Of a DNA stretch of 22,676 nucleotides, positions 1 to 8,056 are shown one piece after another. Source of the DNA: Armatimonadota bacterium (GTDB taxonomy: Bacteria; Armatimonadota; Armatimonadia; Armatimonadales; Armatimonadaceae). Numbering within the stretch: the stretch's first letter is position 1; the number at the start of each line of letters is the position of its first letter. The translations under genes were made by a program, and so were the position numbers. The notes beneath the pieces were generated by a model. It did not search any database. It worked only from the letters and a program-made list of their open reading frames with translations, and was not told the DNA's origin. Location: contig JAYUUO010000287.1 of NCBI GenBank assembly GCA_043754515.1, forward strand, positions 1 to 22,676, in the 5' to 3' direction.

Positions 1-50
1 GGCGTTGCCGCCGGTGCCCGCGCCCGTATCTAGGCCCGTCGCGCAGTAGC

Positions 51-431
51 CTATTTGCCCGCCCCAACCCGCTTAACCATGACCCAGTTCGTCTTTGTGC
101 CGGGATCGCGGTACAGGTGGATCTGCACCAGCGTCGGCCGCATTTTATAGGTGAAGGCGTAGGTCACTTCGGCGTCCAGCGCACCCGCCGCGACTCCGTC
201 CTTGAACCGCCCGAAGACGAGACGGTTATTGGTACAGGGCGCGAGCTCACGGAAGAAGTTGCGCCCCATGGCGTCCGAAGGGTTGACGTTCGCAAGCTCC
301 GACTCGTATTTGTTGTAAAGTTGGATCGTGCCGCCGTCGTCCACGCGGACACAACCGAATGGCAGGGCATCCACCTCGGACTTGCTCATGTGCGGCAAAT
401 CACGTAGTTGCTCGGTGGAAACAAAACTCAT
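51..431 (-). CDS. pyp: Photoactive yellow protein (PYP; p-coumaric-acid-binding PAS blue-light receptor), 126 aa
   Basis: Aligns without gaps to Halorhodospira PYP from Y42 to V125: YNKYE (Y42,E46), GRNFFRELAPCT (C69), FTYKMRPT (F96,Y98,M100), WVMVKRV (W119). Start re-assigned to ATG at 431 (MSFVST), preceded by AAGGAAGGAA; the upstream gene stops at 433. Confidence 0.93.
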   Translation of the reverse strand: MSFVSTEQLRDLPHMSKSEVDALPFGCVRVDDGGTIQLYNKYESELANVNPSDAMGRNFFRELAPCTNNRLVFGRFKDGVAAGALDAEVTYAFTYKMRPTLVQIHLYRDPGTKTNWVMVKRVGAGK

Positions 432-432
432 T

Positions 433-1089
433 TTATTTAATTCCTTCCTTCGCGTGAATGCCACCCGCCATAACGGATGATGCCACGTCGTTGCTAACGC
501 CATCCGCCGCGTCAAGGTTCGCGAAAACCGTGTCGCCGATTTCGTGTTCCATGTTGCGCACCATTTGCGCGACCAGTTTGAAGCGGCGCACCACGCTCCT
601 CGCGTCGGAATCGCCGAGTTCGACTTCTAGATGCTCACGGGCGGCGTACATCGTCATGAGTTGCGATTCCATCGAGCCGATCGTAGTCTGTAGCTGGCGG
701 AAGGCTTCGAGCACATCGTCAACTTCCGACGCGCCGATCTCGCGCTCCAACCGCTCCTTGTCCTCATACAGGCTGGCGAGTTGTTGCTCCATGGATGCCA
801 CCGAGCCGTTGAGCGATTCGATCTTGCCGGTGAACTGCCGGATTTTGAGTAGCACCTGTTTCGGGTCCGAAAGCCCGGCGAGCGGGTTGTCGTCGTCGGC
901 ACTCGGGGCGGGCGATAGCTCCGCGACCCGCGTTTCCAGGTTGCGGATGTGCGCGATGACGTCGGCGGCGCGCTCTAGGCCCAACTCCTTGCGGAGCCGT
1001 TCCCGGTCAACGCGAAGAGGCCCTATTTCGTTCTGTACCGCGTCGAGTTGCTCTTGCAGTGCTCGTGTTTTTCCCCCGAAGTTAAACAT
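433..1089 (-). CDS. Uncharacterised helical/coiled-coil protein with about three 40-aa repeats, adjacent to pyp
   Basis: 218-aa ORF with heptad-rich sequence. Repeats SMEQQLASLYEDKERLEREIGASEVDDV and SMESQLMTMYAAREHLEVELGDSDARSV are exactly 40 aa apart. Stop lies 1 nt before the pyp start. Confidence 0.85.
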   Translation of the reverse strand: MFNFGGKTRALQEQLDAVQNEIGPLRVDRERLRKELGLERAADVIAHIRNLETRVAELSPAPSADDDNPLAGLSDPKQVLLKIRQFTGKIESLNGSVASMEQQLASLYEDKERLEREIGASEVDDVLEAFRQLQTTIGSMESQLMTMYAAREHLEVELGDSDARSVVRRFKLVAQMVRNMEHEIGDTVFANLDAADGVSNDVASSVMAGGIHAKEGIK

Positions 1090-1135
1090 GTTTGTTGTCT
1101 CGAATCTGTTCGGTTATTTTTGTTCGTGATTTCCG

Positions 1136-2593
1136 CTACGAGTTGAGTGTTTTGAGTGCCTGATCCATGCTGTCGAGAAGGTCCGACATTTCGCGGTAGC
1201 CTTCCACGCGTCGTTCCAGACTGTGTATCATCGCGACGATTTCGCGGGCGTCGGTCTTCCCCAACTCGTTCTGGAAGACATACCGGTCCGCGCGTAGCGA
1301 CACCATTTCCTTCGCGGTCACTGCTAGCTGATCACGCGCCGCCCTTATTTTGCAGGCGATCTCGTCGGCGTCGGTGGTGTCGAACGCGCGGACTAGTCCG
1401 GCCCGGTTCGTCTCCTCGTCCGCCTCTTTCGCGGACAACTCGGTGACCCGGTCGCGTAGCCCTCGTACCAATGCCACCATCTGGCTTGCAACAACCGTGC
1501 CAAACTCGCGCTCCAGATATTCGTTTTCGGCGCGGGCCGCTTCGGCGCGGGTTTGCTGTTCGGCGACCAGTGATGACAACCGCCGTATCTCCCCGATGAT
1601 CCGCTCCCCCGTCACCGCGTCCCCGTACTCGGCGCGCAGGGTGGCGAGCGTGGCGCGCTCCCGCGTTATCTCTTTATGCGCCGTTCCGAGCGAGTCGAGC
1701 ACGTGCCGCCAGGAGATGATCAGCGTCGCCGGGTCGCTCGCCCCCGTCTCCACCCGCACGCGCTCCCAGTCGGCGGAAATTGCCCCCAATTCATGGCGTA
1801 ACGCGCGTAACTGCGTCTCGCGCTGGGCCGCCCATTCGGCGCGGGCGGCGCGGGTCGGGGCGTCATCGGGCTCGGTATCCGTTTCGGCACCCGCCGCGCC
1901 CTCGGTGGGCACCAGATGTAGTCGGCGGAACATGTCGGAGATGCCGTCTCTCCCCGAGACGCCGAGGTCGGATTCGAGTTCCCGCCACTCCCGCTCGCTC
2001 TCGTCGAGCCGCGTCGTCAACTGCTGGAGGCGGCCCTGGAGCGCGTGGGCGTCAACGATGACCATGCCCGACGGACTCCCATCGGCGAGATTATCCGAGG
2101 CGACCACATCCGCCCCCAGGAGCGACTCCAGCCGGGATACGTCGCCACTGGATACCGCCTCGCTCCCGGTCGGTTCGGCCAGGAAGTTCGTGATCCGGGC
2201 CAGATCGGGCCCGCGGAGCACCGGCTCCAGCGCGCCGAGAAGCCCGGACAGCATCGCGGCGCGGCAGAACAGGGCACCGTCCATGCGCCCGTTCTGGATC
2301 TGGTAGCCGGACTGTGTGTTGATCAGAATCCACTGCGCCTTGACCTGCATATAGAAGATCGCGGCGATAGTCTCCTGCTCCTGGGCGTCGTCCACGTCGC
2401 GGAGCACGCGGACGAAACCGTCGCGTAAGTGGACGACAAAGGCGCGGCAATCGGCGCGTTGCGCGGGCGAGGAATTCTCCCAAACCGCGAGACATTCTTT
2501 CCAGGCGCGCTCTAGTTCGGCACCGCCGAGGATAGCGATGATGCGCTCGCCCGCCGTCCCCGGCCTGTCGTCATATTTTTCATTTAACTGCAT
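1136..2593 (-). CDS. Uncharacterised protein: N-terminal globular helical domain plus about six 40-aa helical repeats
   Basis: Long ORF, open to 2737; ATG at 2593 (MQLNEKY) chosen but the start is uncertain. C-terminal units ETGASD/EYGDAV/EFGTVV/AFDTTD/ELGKTD are spaced 40,41,40,40 aa. Confidence 0.8.
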   Translation of the reverse strand: MQLNEKYDDRPGTAGERIIAILGGAELERAWKECLAVWENSSPAQRADCRAFVVHLRDGFVRVLRDVDDAQEQETIAAIFYMQVKAQWILINTQSGYQIQNGRMDGALFCRAAMLSGLLGALEPVLRGPDLARITNFLAEPTGSEAVSSGDVSRLESLLGADVVASDNLADGSPSGMVIVDAHALQGRLQQLTTRLDESEREWRELESDLGVSGRDGISDMFRRLHLVPTEGAAGAETDTEPDDAPTRAARAEWAAQRETQLRALRHELGAISADWERVRVETGASDPATLIISWRHVLDSLGTAHKEITRERATLATLRAEYGDAVTGERIIGEIRRLSSLVAEQQTRAEAARAENEYLEREFGTVVASQMVALVRGLRDRVTELSAKEADEETNRAGLVRAFDTTDADEIACKIRAARDQLAVTAKEMVSLRADRYVFQNELGKTDAREIVAMIHSLERRVEGYREMSDLLDSMDQALKTLNS

Positions 2594-2790
2594 TGGAATA
2601 AAGGTTCTAAATGGGATTTGGGCAAGAACGACGCAACCCGCGCCAAGAACGATCTGCCGATCACCGAAATATCTGCCGTTAATGGCGGACAAGTGTAGCA
2701 TTTTTCGCGCCGGATGTGGGCATGAATAGGTACCCATCGTCTAGCGCGACAAGCACGAAGCAAGCTTCCACAAATGCAATGTCATTTCTG

Positions 2791-2806
2791 AGCAAATAGC
2801 GTGCCA
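2791..2806 (-). promoter_or_regulatory. Sigma-54 (-24/-12) promoter of the pyp operon
   Basis: Minus strand reads TGGCACGCTATTTGCT, matching TGGCACG-N4-TTGCW with GG-N10-GC spacing. Intergenic and correctly oriented. Confidence 0.7.
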
Positions 2807-2818
2807 CCGGTCGAAAAA

Positions 2819-4057
2819 TTATTCGCCCGCGTTTTGTAGCACCACGCGCCGACGCCGGGGGTCGTACCCGATGGTGAGCCTTCCCTCCAGCAGATCCCGG
2901 AGCGGCTTCCCGACCAGCCCCCCGCGCCACCCGGAGAACAGAGGCCCCTCGAAGTCGGGGCGGGCGCGCTCGGCCGCGAGGGAGCGCAGATCGTCCCCGG
3001 ACGCGAGTAGCGAAGGCGGCAGACTCTCCTCGGTCGCGCGCAGACGCACCACGGTGTTGAACATCTCCTGGAGCACTGTACCCTGCTCGTCAAGAGGCGG
3101 GAGCGCGTCCGCTTCGGGGCGTTCCTCGGGCGGCACCGCGACGCCGCGTCTCACCACCTCGACCAGTGCCTGCGCGTTCTTCTCGCCTAAATTAGCGGGC
3201 GCGGTGCGCAGGGTCAGAATCGCGTGCGCGTCGGTCGCGGCGCGGCGCGCGATCTCGATCAAAAAATCATCTTTCACCACGGAGCGGCGCGGCTTATCCC
3301 GGCGATGCGCCTCGGCGTCGCGCCATTCGGCGAGTTCGCGTAGCACCGCGAGACCCCGCCCGTCAAGCACGTTCTTGCCGCCCACTTTGCGCCACAACTC
3401 CCGCGGCGGCAACTCCTCCGTGCCCGCGAGGAGCGAGCGGCCCATCTGGTCGTCCGCCCACGCCGCGCGCCCGCGCCGGATCAGTATCGCGGACAACTTG
3501 TCGTGGACGGCGTGCAGGTAGCGCACGTCATTCTCGGCATACTCGCGCATCGCGGGGGTGAGCGGGCGGCGAGACCAATCGGCGAACCCTTCGTCCTTGG
3601 CGAGGCGCACCGCCAGCACTGCCTGCACGAGCGCGCCGTATCCTGTCTGGAGCGAGTACCCGGCGAACGCGGCGGCGACCTGCGTGTCATACACGGGCGC
3701 GGGCGGCTCTCCGAGGCGCGAGGCCAGGATCTCCATGTCCTGTCCGCCCGCGTGCAGGATCTTCAGCACGTCGGGGTTGAGGAACAGGTCGCCGAGGACG
3801 CCGAGTTCGCCGCCTAAAGCCGGCACATCAAGGATGGCAATGAACCCGTCCGCCGTGGCGACCTGGATGATCTCCAGCACGGGCTTATACGTGCGCTCGC
3901 GGATGAACTCCGTGTCAAACGCGAGCCGGGGGTCAGCGGCGAGGGCGGGTTCGAGACGTTCGGCGAGTTCACGAAGCCCATCGGCATCGGCGACGTAAAG
4001 CGAGTCGGGGGAATAGTCGGCGGCAACGGGAGCCGCCGCGTTAAAAGAGCGGTGCAT
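2819..4057 (-). CDS. rnd: Ribonuclease D (DEDD 3'-5' exonuclease plus HRDC domain)
   Basis: Motifs FDTEFIRERTY, KILHAGGQD, YDTQVAA, DWSRRPLT, YAENDV; HRDC-like LAEWRDAEA...D..LIEIA; C-terminal GWRG. Confidence 0.92.
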   Translation of the reverse strand: MHRSFNAAAPVAADYSPDSLYVADADGLRELAERLEPALAADPRLAFDTEFIRERTYKPVLEIIQVATADGFIAILDVPALGGELGVLGDLFLNPDVLKILHAGGQDMEILASRLGEPPAPVYDTQVAAAFAGYSLQTGYGALVQAVLAVRLAKDEGFADWSRRPLTPAMREYAENDVRYLHAVHDKLSAILIRRGRAAWADDQMGRSLLAGTEELPPRELWRKVGGKNVLDGRGLAVLRELAEWRDAEAHRRDKPRRSVVKDDFLIEIARRAATDAHAILTLRTAPANLGEKNAQALVEVVRRGVAVPPEERPEADALPPLDEQGTVLQEMFNTVVRLRATEESLPPSLLASGDDLRSLAAERARPDFEGPLFSGWRGGLVGKPLRDLLEGRLTIGYDPRRRRVVLQNAGE

Positions 4058-4170
4058 TAGACGCTACTATTCGGCGCGGCGTCCGGTTTCCCCTGCTACC
4101 ACGCTAAACGCCGCGCCGTCTCCCGAACGCGGATGCCTCATTCTGTATGCGGCTGGGCCTGGCGTCTCGC

Positions 4171-5115
4171 TCACGTGCCCGCGTCCGTCTCCATCACGCG
4201 CACGAACGCGTCTTCCAATGTTTCGCGCACCGGCACCACCGCGCGTATCCGTCCGCCCGATTGAACCAGCGCGGTGATCAGTTCGGGAATGCGGGTTATC
4301 GCGTCGCCGGGCAACTGGACAGTGAGGAGCGGCGTCCCGTCGTCGGGGACCGAGATGGCACCGAAGCGGGACGCGGCTTCGCGCAGAATCGGCGTGACGA
4401 TTTCGAGTTCCACCGTCACCGAGGCGGCGGGTGCCGTGATCTCGTCCACCGTGCCCTGCCGCACGATCTGGCCGCGCTTGATGATGGCGACTGTGTCGCA
4501 GGTCAGCTCGATCTCGGAAAGCAGGTGCGAATTAAGTAACACCGTCGTGCCGCGCCCCTTTAGATACAAAACGATGTCGCGCACCGCCCGCCTGCCGAGC
4601 GGGTCCAGCGCGGATGTCGGCTCGTCCAGTATCACCAGGGTCGGCTCGTGCAGGATCGCCTGCGCGAGGCCCGCCCGCTGCTGCATCCCCTTCGAAAACG
4701 CGCCGAGTTTGTCCTTCGCCCTGGGCAACAGCCCGACGATCTCCAGCACCTCGGGAATGCGCCGCCTGCGGTCGCCCGCGCTCATCCCATACAGCCGCCC
4801 GTGCGTGTCTAGAAACTCGGTCGCGGTGAGAAACTCGTGGAACTGAAACTTCTCCGGCAGGTAGCCGATGAACCGCCGCGTCTCGCGGTCGCCGATTTTC
4901 TTCCCGAGCACGGTCGCGGTCCCGCCCGTCGGGAAAACATTGCCCAGCAACATTCCGATGGTGGTCGTCTTGCCCGCGCCGTTCGGACCCAGGAAGCCGA
5001 ACACCTGCCCCGCCTCCACGGTCAGGTCGAGCGACTCGACCGCCGCGAACTTCGCGCCCCGGTAAATCTTCCGCAAAGCCCTCGTCTCGATTACGGGGGT
5101 GGAGTCCGTTTTCAT
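4171..5115 (-). CDS. ABC transporter ATP-binding protein (ABC-2/drug-exporter type)
   Basis: Walker A GPNGAGKTT, signature FSKGMQQR, Walker B ILDEP, H-loop NSH, C-terminal TLEDAF. Confidence 0.92.
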   Translation of the reverse strand: MKTDSTPVIETRALRKIYRGAKFAAVESLDLTVEAGQVFGFLGPNGAGKTTTIGMLLGNVFPTGGTATVLGKKIGDRETRRFIGYLPEKFQFHEFLTATEFLDTHGRLYGMSAGDRRRRIPEVLEIVGLLPRAKDKLGAFSKGMQQRAGLAQAILHEPTLVILDEPTSALDPLGRRAVRDIVLYLKGRGTTVLLNSHLLSEIELTCDTVAIIKRGQIVRQGTVDEITAPAASVTVELEIVTPILREAASRFGAISVPDDGTPLLTVQLPGDAITRIPELITALVQSGGRIRAVVPVRETLEDAFVRVMETDAGT

Positions 5116-5121
5116 CTGCCT

Positions 5122-5130
5122 ATGATAGCA
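5122..5130 (-). promoter_or_regulatory. Extended -10 element (TGcTATCAT) of a probably leaderless ABC ATPase mRNA
   Basis: Minus strand reads TGC TATCAT AGGCAG ATG; the hexamer ends 6 nt before the start codon. Confidence 0.45.
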
Positions 5131-5286
5131 TGAAACGAAAAACCGGGTGCCAGTATCCCGGCGGGCACCAGGGCGATTGCATCATAGCTTGGTTTGCCAC
5201 GCGTCCGACTATATTCATGGGGAATCAGGAAGACTATGATGCAATCGCCCTACGGCGGGCACAACCGAGTGACGAGGAGTAACATT

Positions 5287-6618
5287 ATGCGTGTGCAGGA
5301 GATAATCGCGAAGAAGCGGGACGGCGGAGAACTCACGGGGGTGGAGATAGGGTCATTCATTACGGGGTACGTGCGCGGCGAGGTGGCGGATTACCAGGCG
5401 TCGGCACTGCTGATGGCGATCTACCTGCGCGGCATGACCGGCACGGAAACGGCCCTACTGACCGACGCCATGGCACGCTCCGGGGAGATGCTAGATTTAT
5501 CGGGCGTCAGCACAACCGCCCCGACCGTTGACAAGCACAGCACCGGCGGCGTCGGCGACAAAACGACGCTGATCGTGGTGCCGCTCCTGGCGGCGGCGGG
5601 CGCGCGGGTCTGCAAAATGAGCGGGCGTGGCCTTGGACACACGGGCGGCACACTCGATAAATTGGAAAGCATCCCCGGCTTCCGCGTCAACTTATCGCCC
5701 GCCGAGATGATCACGCAGGTACGAAACATCGGTGCCTGCCTCGCCGGTCAGACCGACGCCATCGCGCCCGCCGACAAGAAACTGTACGCCCTGCGGGATG
5801 CGACCGCGACCATCGGTTGCCTGCCCCTGATTGTTTCGTCCATCCTGTCTAAGAAACTCGCCGGGGGTGCCAGACATTTCCTGTTTGATGTCAAGTCCGG
5901 CGACGGCGCGCTGGTCGGAACCCTCGCGGAGGCAGAGGCACTGGCGCGGGCATTGGTGGACGGCGCGGCGGCGAACGGCCGCCGCGCCACGGCGGTGATC
6001 TCCGACATGGACGCGCCGCTTGGTTACGCGATCGGGAACGCGCTCGAGATCGCCGAGTCGGTCGAGATGCTCTCCCCCGACATCCCGGACGCGCGCAAGA
6101 ACCGCCGCCTCCGGGAGATCTGCCTGACGCTCGCCGGGGAAGGACTCGCGCTCGCCGGGATCACCGCGTCGCCGGAGGCGGGACGGGAACGCGCGGAGGT
6201 GTTGCTGAGATCGGGGGCGGCTCGGGACAAGTTGCGGGCGATCATCGCGGCACAGGGAGGTGATGCACGTGTTGTAGACGACCCTGACGGAGTACTAACC
6301 GTGGCACCGTTTCAGTCGCCGCTGGTCGCGGAGAGGGACGGGTGGGTGACACGTATCGCCGCGCGTCGCGTCGGCGAGGTAGTGGTCGCGCTCGGCGGGG
6401 GACGTGGGCGCAAGGAGGACGCGATTGATCCGTCTGTCGGGGTCGTACTGCGCAAATCGGTCGGCGATGCCGTTCATGTCGGCGAGACGTTGGCAGTCGT
6501 CCACGCGGGCGACGAAGCCGGATCAGTCGCCGCGCTCGCCGCGCTCCGGCAGACTCTACATATCGGCGACGTTGCCGCGTCTGTAGCACCCCTCGTATAT
6601 TCCGTGCTGAGAAAATAA
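5287..6618 (+). CDS. pdp: Pyrimidine-nucleoside/thymidine phosphorylase
   Basis: Motifs IIAKKRDG, DKHSTGGVGDK, KMSGRGLGHTGGTLDKLESIPG, PADKKLYALRD, SILSKKLA. Start MRVQEII at 5287 with a GAGGAG RBS. Confidence 0.95.
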   Translation: MRVQEIIAKKRDGGELTGVEIGSFITGYVRGEVADYQASALLMAIYLRGMTGTETALLTDAMARSGEMLDLSGVSTTAPTVDKHSTGGVGDKTTLIVVPLLAAAGARVCKMSGRGLGHTGGTLDKLESIPGFRVNLSPAEMITQVRNIGACLAGQTDAIAPADKKLYALRDATATIGCLPLIVSSILSKKLAGGARHFLFDVKSGDGALVGTLAEAEALARALVDGAAANGRRATAVISDMDAPLGYAIGNALEIAESVEMLSPDIPDARKNRRLREICLTLAGEGLALAGITASPEAGRERAEVLLRSGAARDKLRAIIAAQGGDARVVDDPDGVLTVAPFQSPLVAERDGWVTRIAARRVGEVVVALGGGRGRKEDAIDPSVGVVLRKSVGDAVHVGETLAVVHAGDEAGSVAALAALRQTLHIGDVAASVAPLVYSVLRK

Positions 6619-6863
6619 CAGACAAAAATGCGCCTGTTTTTAGCCTGTTTGGTGTAGAACTATGTAGACACGGGTATCACTCGGTGTGAGCGATCCATCC
6701 AGGGACATTCCCCGCGGCGTCGAGAACAGTTAAGACAACTGATTTCGGCGCCGATTTTTTTACCAGTTTTTTTGTCGGCTTCAGGTTTATCCCCCCTTTG
6801 TATTGGTTATATATAGAATAGGACGTTGTCCTGATGTAGAAATAACGAGTAAAAGGTAGACAA

Positions 6864-7847
6864 ATGTATACTGATCGCACACACAACAAACCGCTTTGCG
6901 CCGCTGTCCGAGTTATGACACTGGCTACTATTCTCACTGGCTCCATGACACCCACTTTCGCCCAATCGGTAGAGCCACGCCGCCTGTCGTCCAACCCGAC
7001 GGACCTGCACGATTCGTTCGCGCCGCACTCAACCTACGGGGACTCGCCCAAAGCGTTCGCCGACTACCTGTCCAAGAACGATGTGCTATTGCAACGTTAC
7101 TCCCGCCACTTCGGAGTATCGCAGGACCGGGTTTTGTCGTTCGTGCAGAACGCGCTCGTGCCGATGGATCTGCCGAGACAGGAGACTGTGACCACCTTCG
7201 GCGTGACCAAGAGCGGTAGCATCTACCCGGTGCGGACGACACTGCCGTCCGGAACGCGGGTATGGGCGACGCGCGAGGGAGCACCGGTCATCAAGTGGAA
7301 CTGCTCGAATCCCCTGACGACAGCCCTGCCGGGGGCGAGTTTAAGCACGAGCCCACTCGAATACGCGAATGCACCGTCGAACGTGTTGCCCGAGGGCTTC
7401 ACGCCCGTTCTTGATGTCCCACAGGGTGTAGCGATGGTCGCCTCGCTGGCTATGCCTGCGGATGGTGGCGCGCTAGCACTGTCGCCGCCGCTCCCTGCCG
7501 CTGACTTCGCGTTCGCGGTTCCCGCTACTGACGTGGTAGGGTCAAGTTCCCTGCCGGGCGTCGGTGACATATTGGAGAGGGTAGGCGGTTCGAGCATCAA
7601 CGATTATTTACCCGCGTTGTTGATCCCGCTTGTTTTCGCGGCGACGCAGGGCAAGGGTGGCAACGCGGATCTGGTGACCGCCGAGGCGGAACCCATCACC
7701 GCGCGACCTACCGCCGAGGGCACCACCCAGTTGCCTCCTATCGGCCCGACCGTGGTGCCGGAGGGCGACACCGCTGGACTGTTGGTCGCGGGTTTACCGC
7801 TCCTCGGCGCGTGCCTGTGGCTCGCCCGCCGACGCAGGGTCTCGTAG
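6864..7847 (+). CDS. Secreted PEP-CTERM-type surface protein with a DUF6777-like N-terminal domain
   Basis: Signal peptide ending TFA-Q. GTRVW...GAPVIKWNCSNPL resembles the CxNPL motif of DUF6777. C-terminus VVPEG + hydrophobic helix + RRRR. Confidence 0.78.
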   Translation: MYTDRTHNKPLCAAVRVMTLATILTGSMTPTFAQSVEPRRLSSNPTDLHDSFAPHSTYGDSPKAFADYLSKNDVLLQRYSRHFGVSQDRVLSFVQNALVPMDLPRQETVTTFGVTKSGSIYPVRTTLPSGTRVWATREGAPVIKWNCSNPLTTALPGASLSTSPLEYANAPSNVLPEGFTPVLDVPQGVAMVASLAMPADGGALALSPPLPAADFAFAVPATDVVGSSSLPGVGDILERVGGSSINDYLPALLIPLVFAATQGKGGNADLVTAEAEPITARPTAEGTTQLPPIGPTVVPEGDTAGLLVAGLPLLGACLWLARRRRVS

Positions 7848-7886
7848 CGAGTGCCTTAGATAGTCAGCTTGCTGTTCCGAAGCGGA

Positions 7887-7937
7887 GCCGCCCCGTGTTC
7901 GCGCGAGATAGCGCGAGCACGGGGCGGTTTTGTTTTT
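7887..7937 (+). terminator. Intrinsic terminator
   Basis: 18-bp stem GCCGCCCCGTGTTCGCGC / GCGCGAGCACGGGGCGGT, loop GAGATA, followed by TTTGTTTTT. Confidence 0.85.
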
Positions 7938-7992
7938 AATCCGTGCTCCCAGAGCATGTGTCCAGTCCCTGGAAAAATTATCCGAACCGCCA

Positions 7993-8008
7993 TGGCACGC
8001 TTTTCGCA
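7993..8008 (+). promoter_or_regulatory. Probable sigma-54 promoter
   Basis: TGGCACGCTTTTCGCA (GG-N10-GC), about 50 nt upstream of the ATG at 8057 and just after a terminator. Confidence 0.55.
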
Positions 8009-8056
8009 GGATAATGTTTCGACCACGGCGAACCGATGGTAGACAGGGGACGAAAT

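Noticed and set aside
432..515. N-terminal extension of pyp in the ORF track (154 aa)
   Set aside because: It overlaps the upstream gene; homology and the RBS support the ATG at 431.
458..2306. Long plus-strand ORFs (223 aa, 318 aa) opposite the pyp operon
   Set aside because: Ser/Arg-rich antisense shadows typical of high-GC coding DNA.
433..2593. Repeat proteins as gas-vesicle GvpC, chemoreceptor or SMC proteins
   Set aside because: The period is 40 aa rather than the 33 aa typical of GvpC; there is no MCP hairpin motif, no Walker motif and no gvpA nearby.
5194..5286. Extended N-terminus of pdp
   Set aside because: Family homology begins at MRVQEII (5287), which has a GAGGAG RBS.
6617..6650. 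Possible terminator after pdp
   Set aside because: The stem is weak and mismatched; not supportable.
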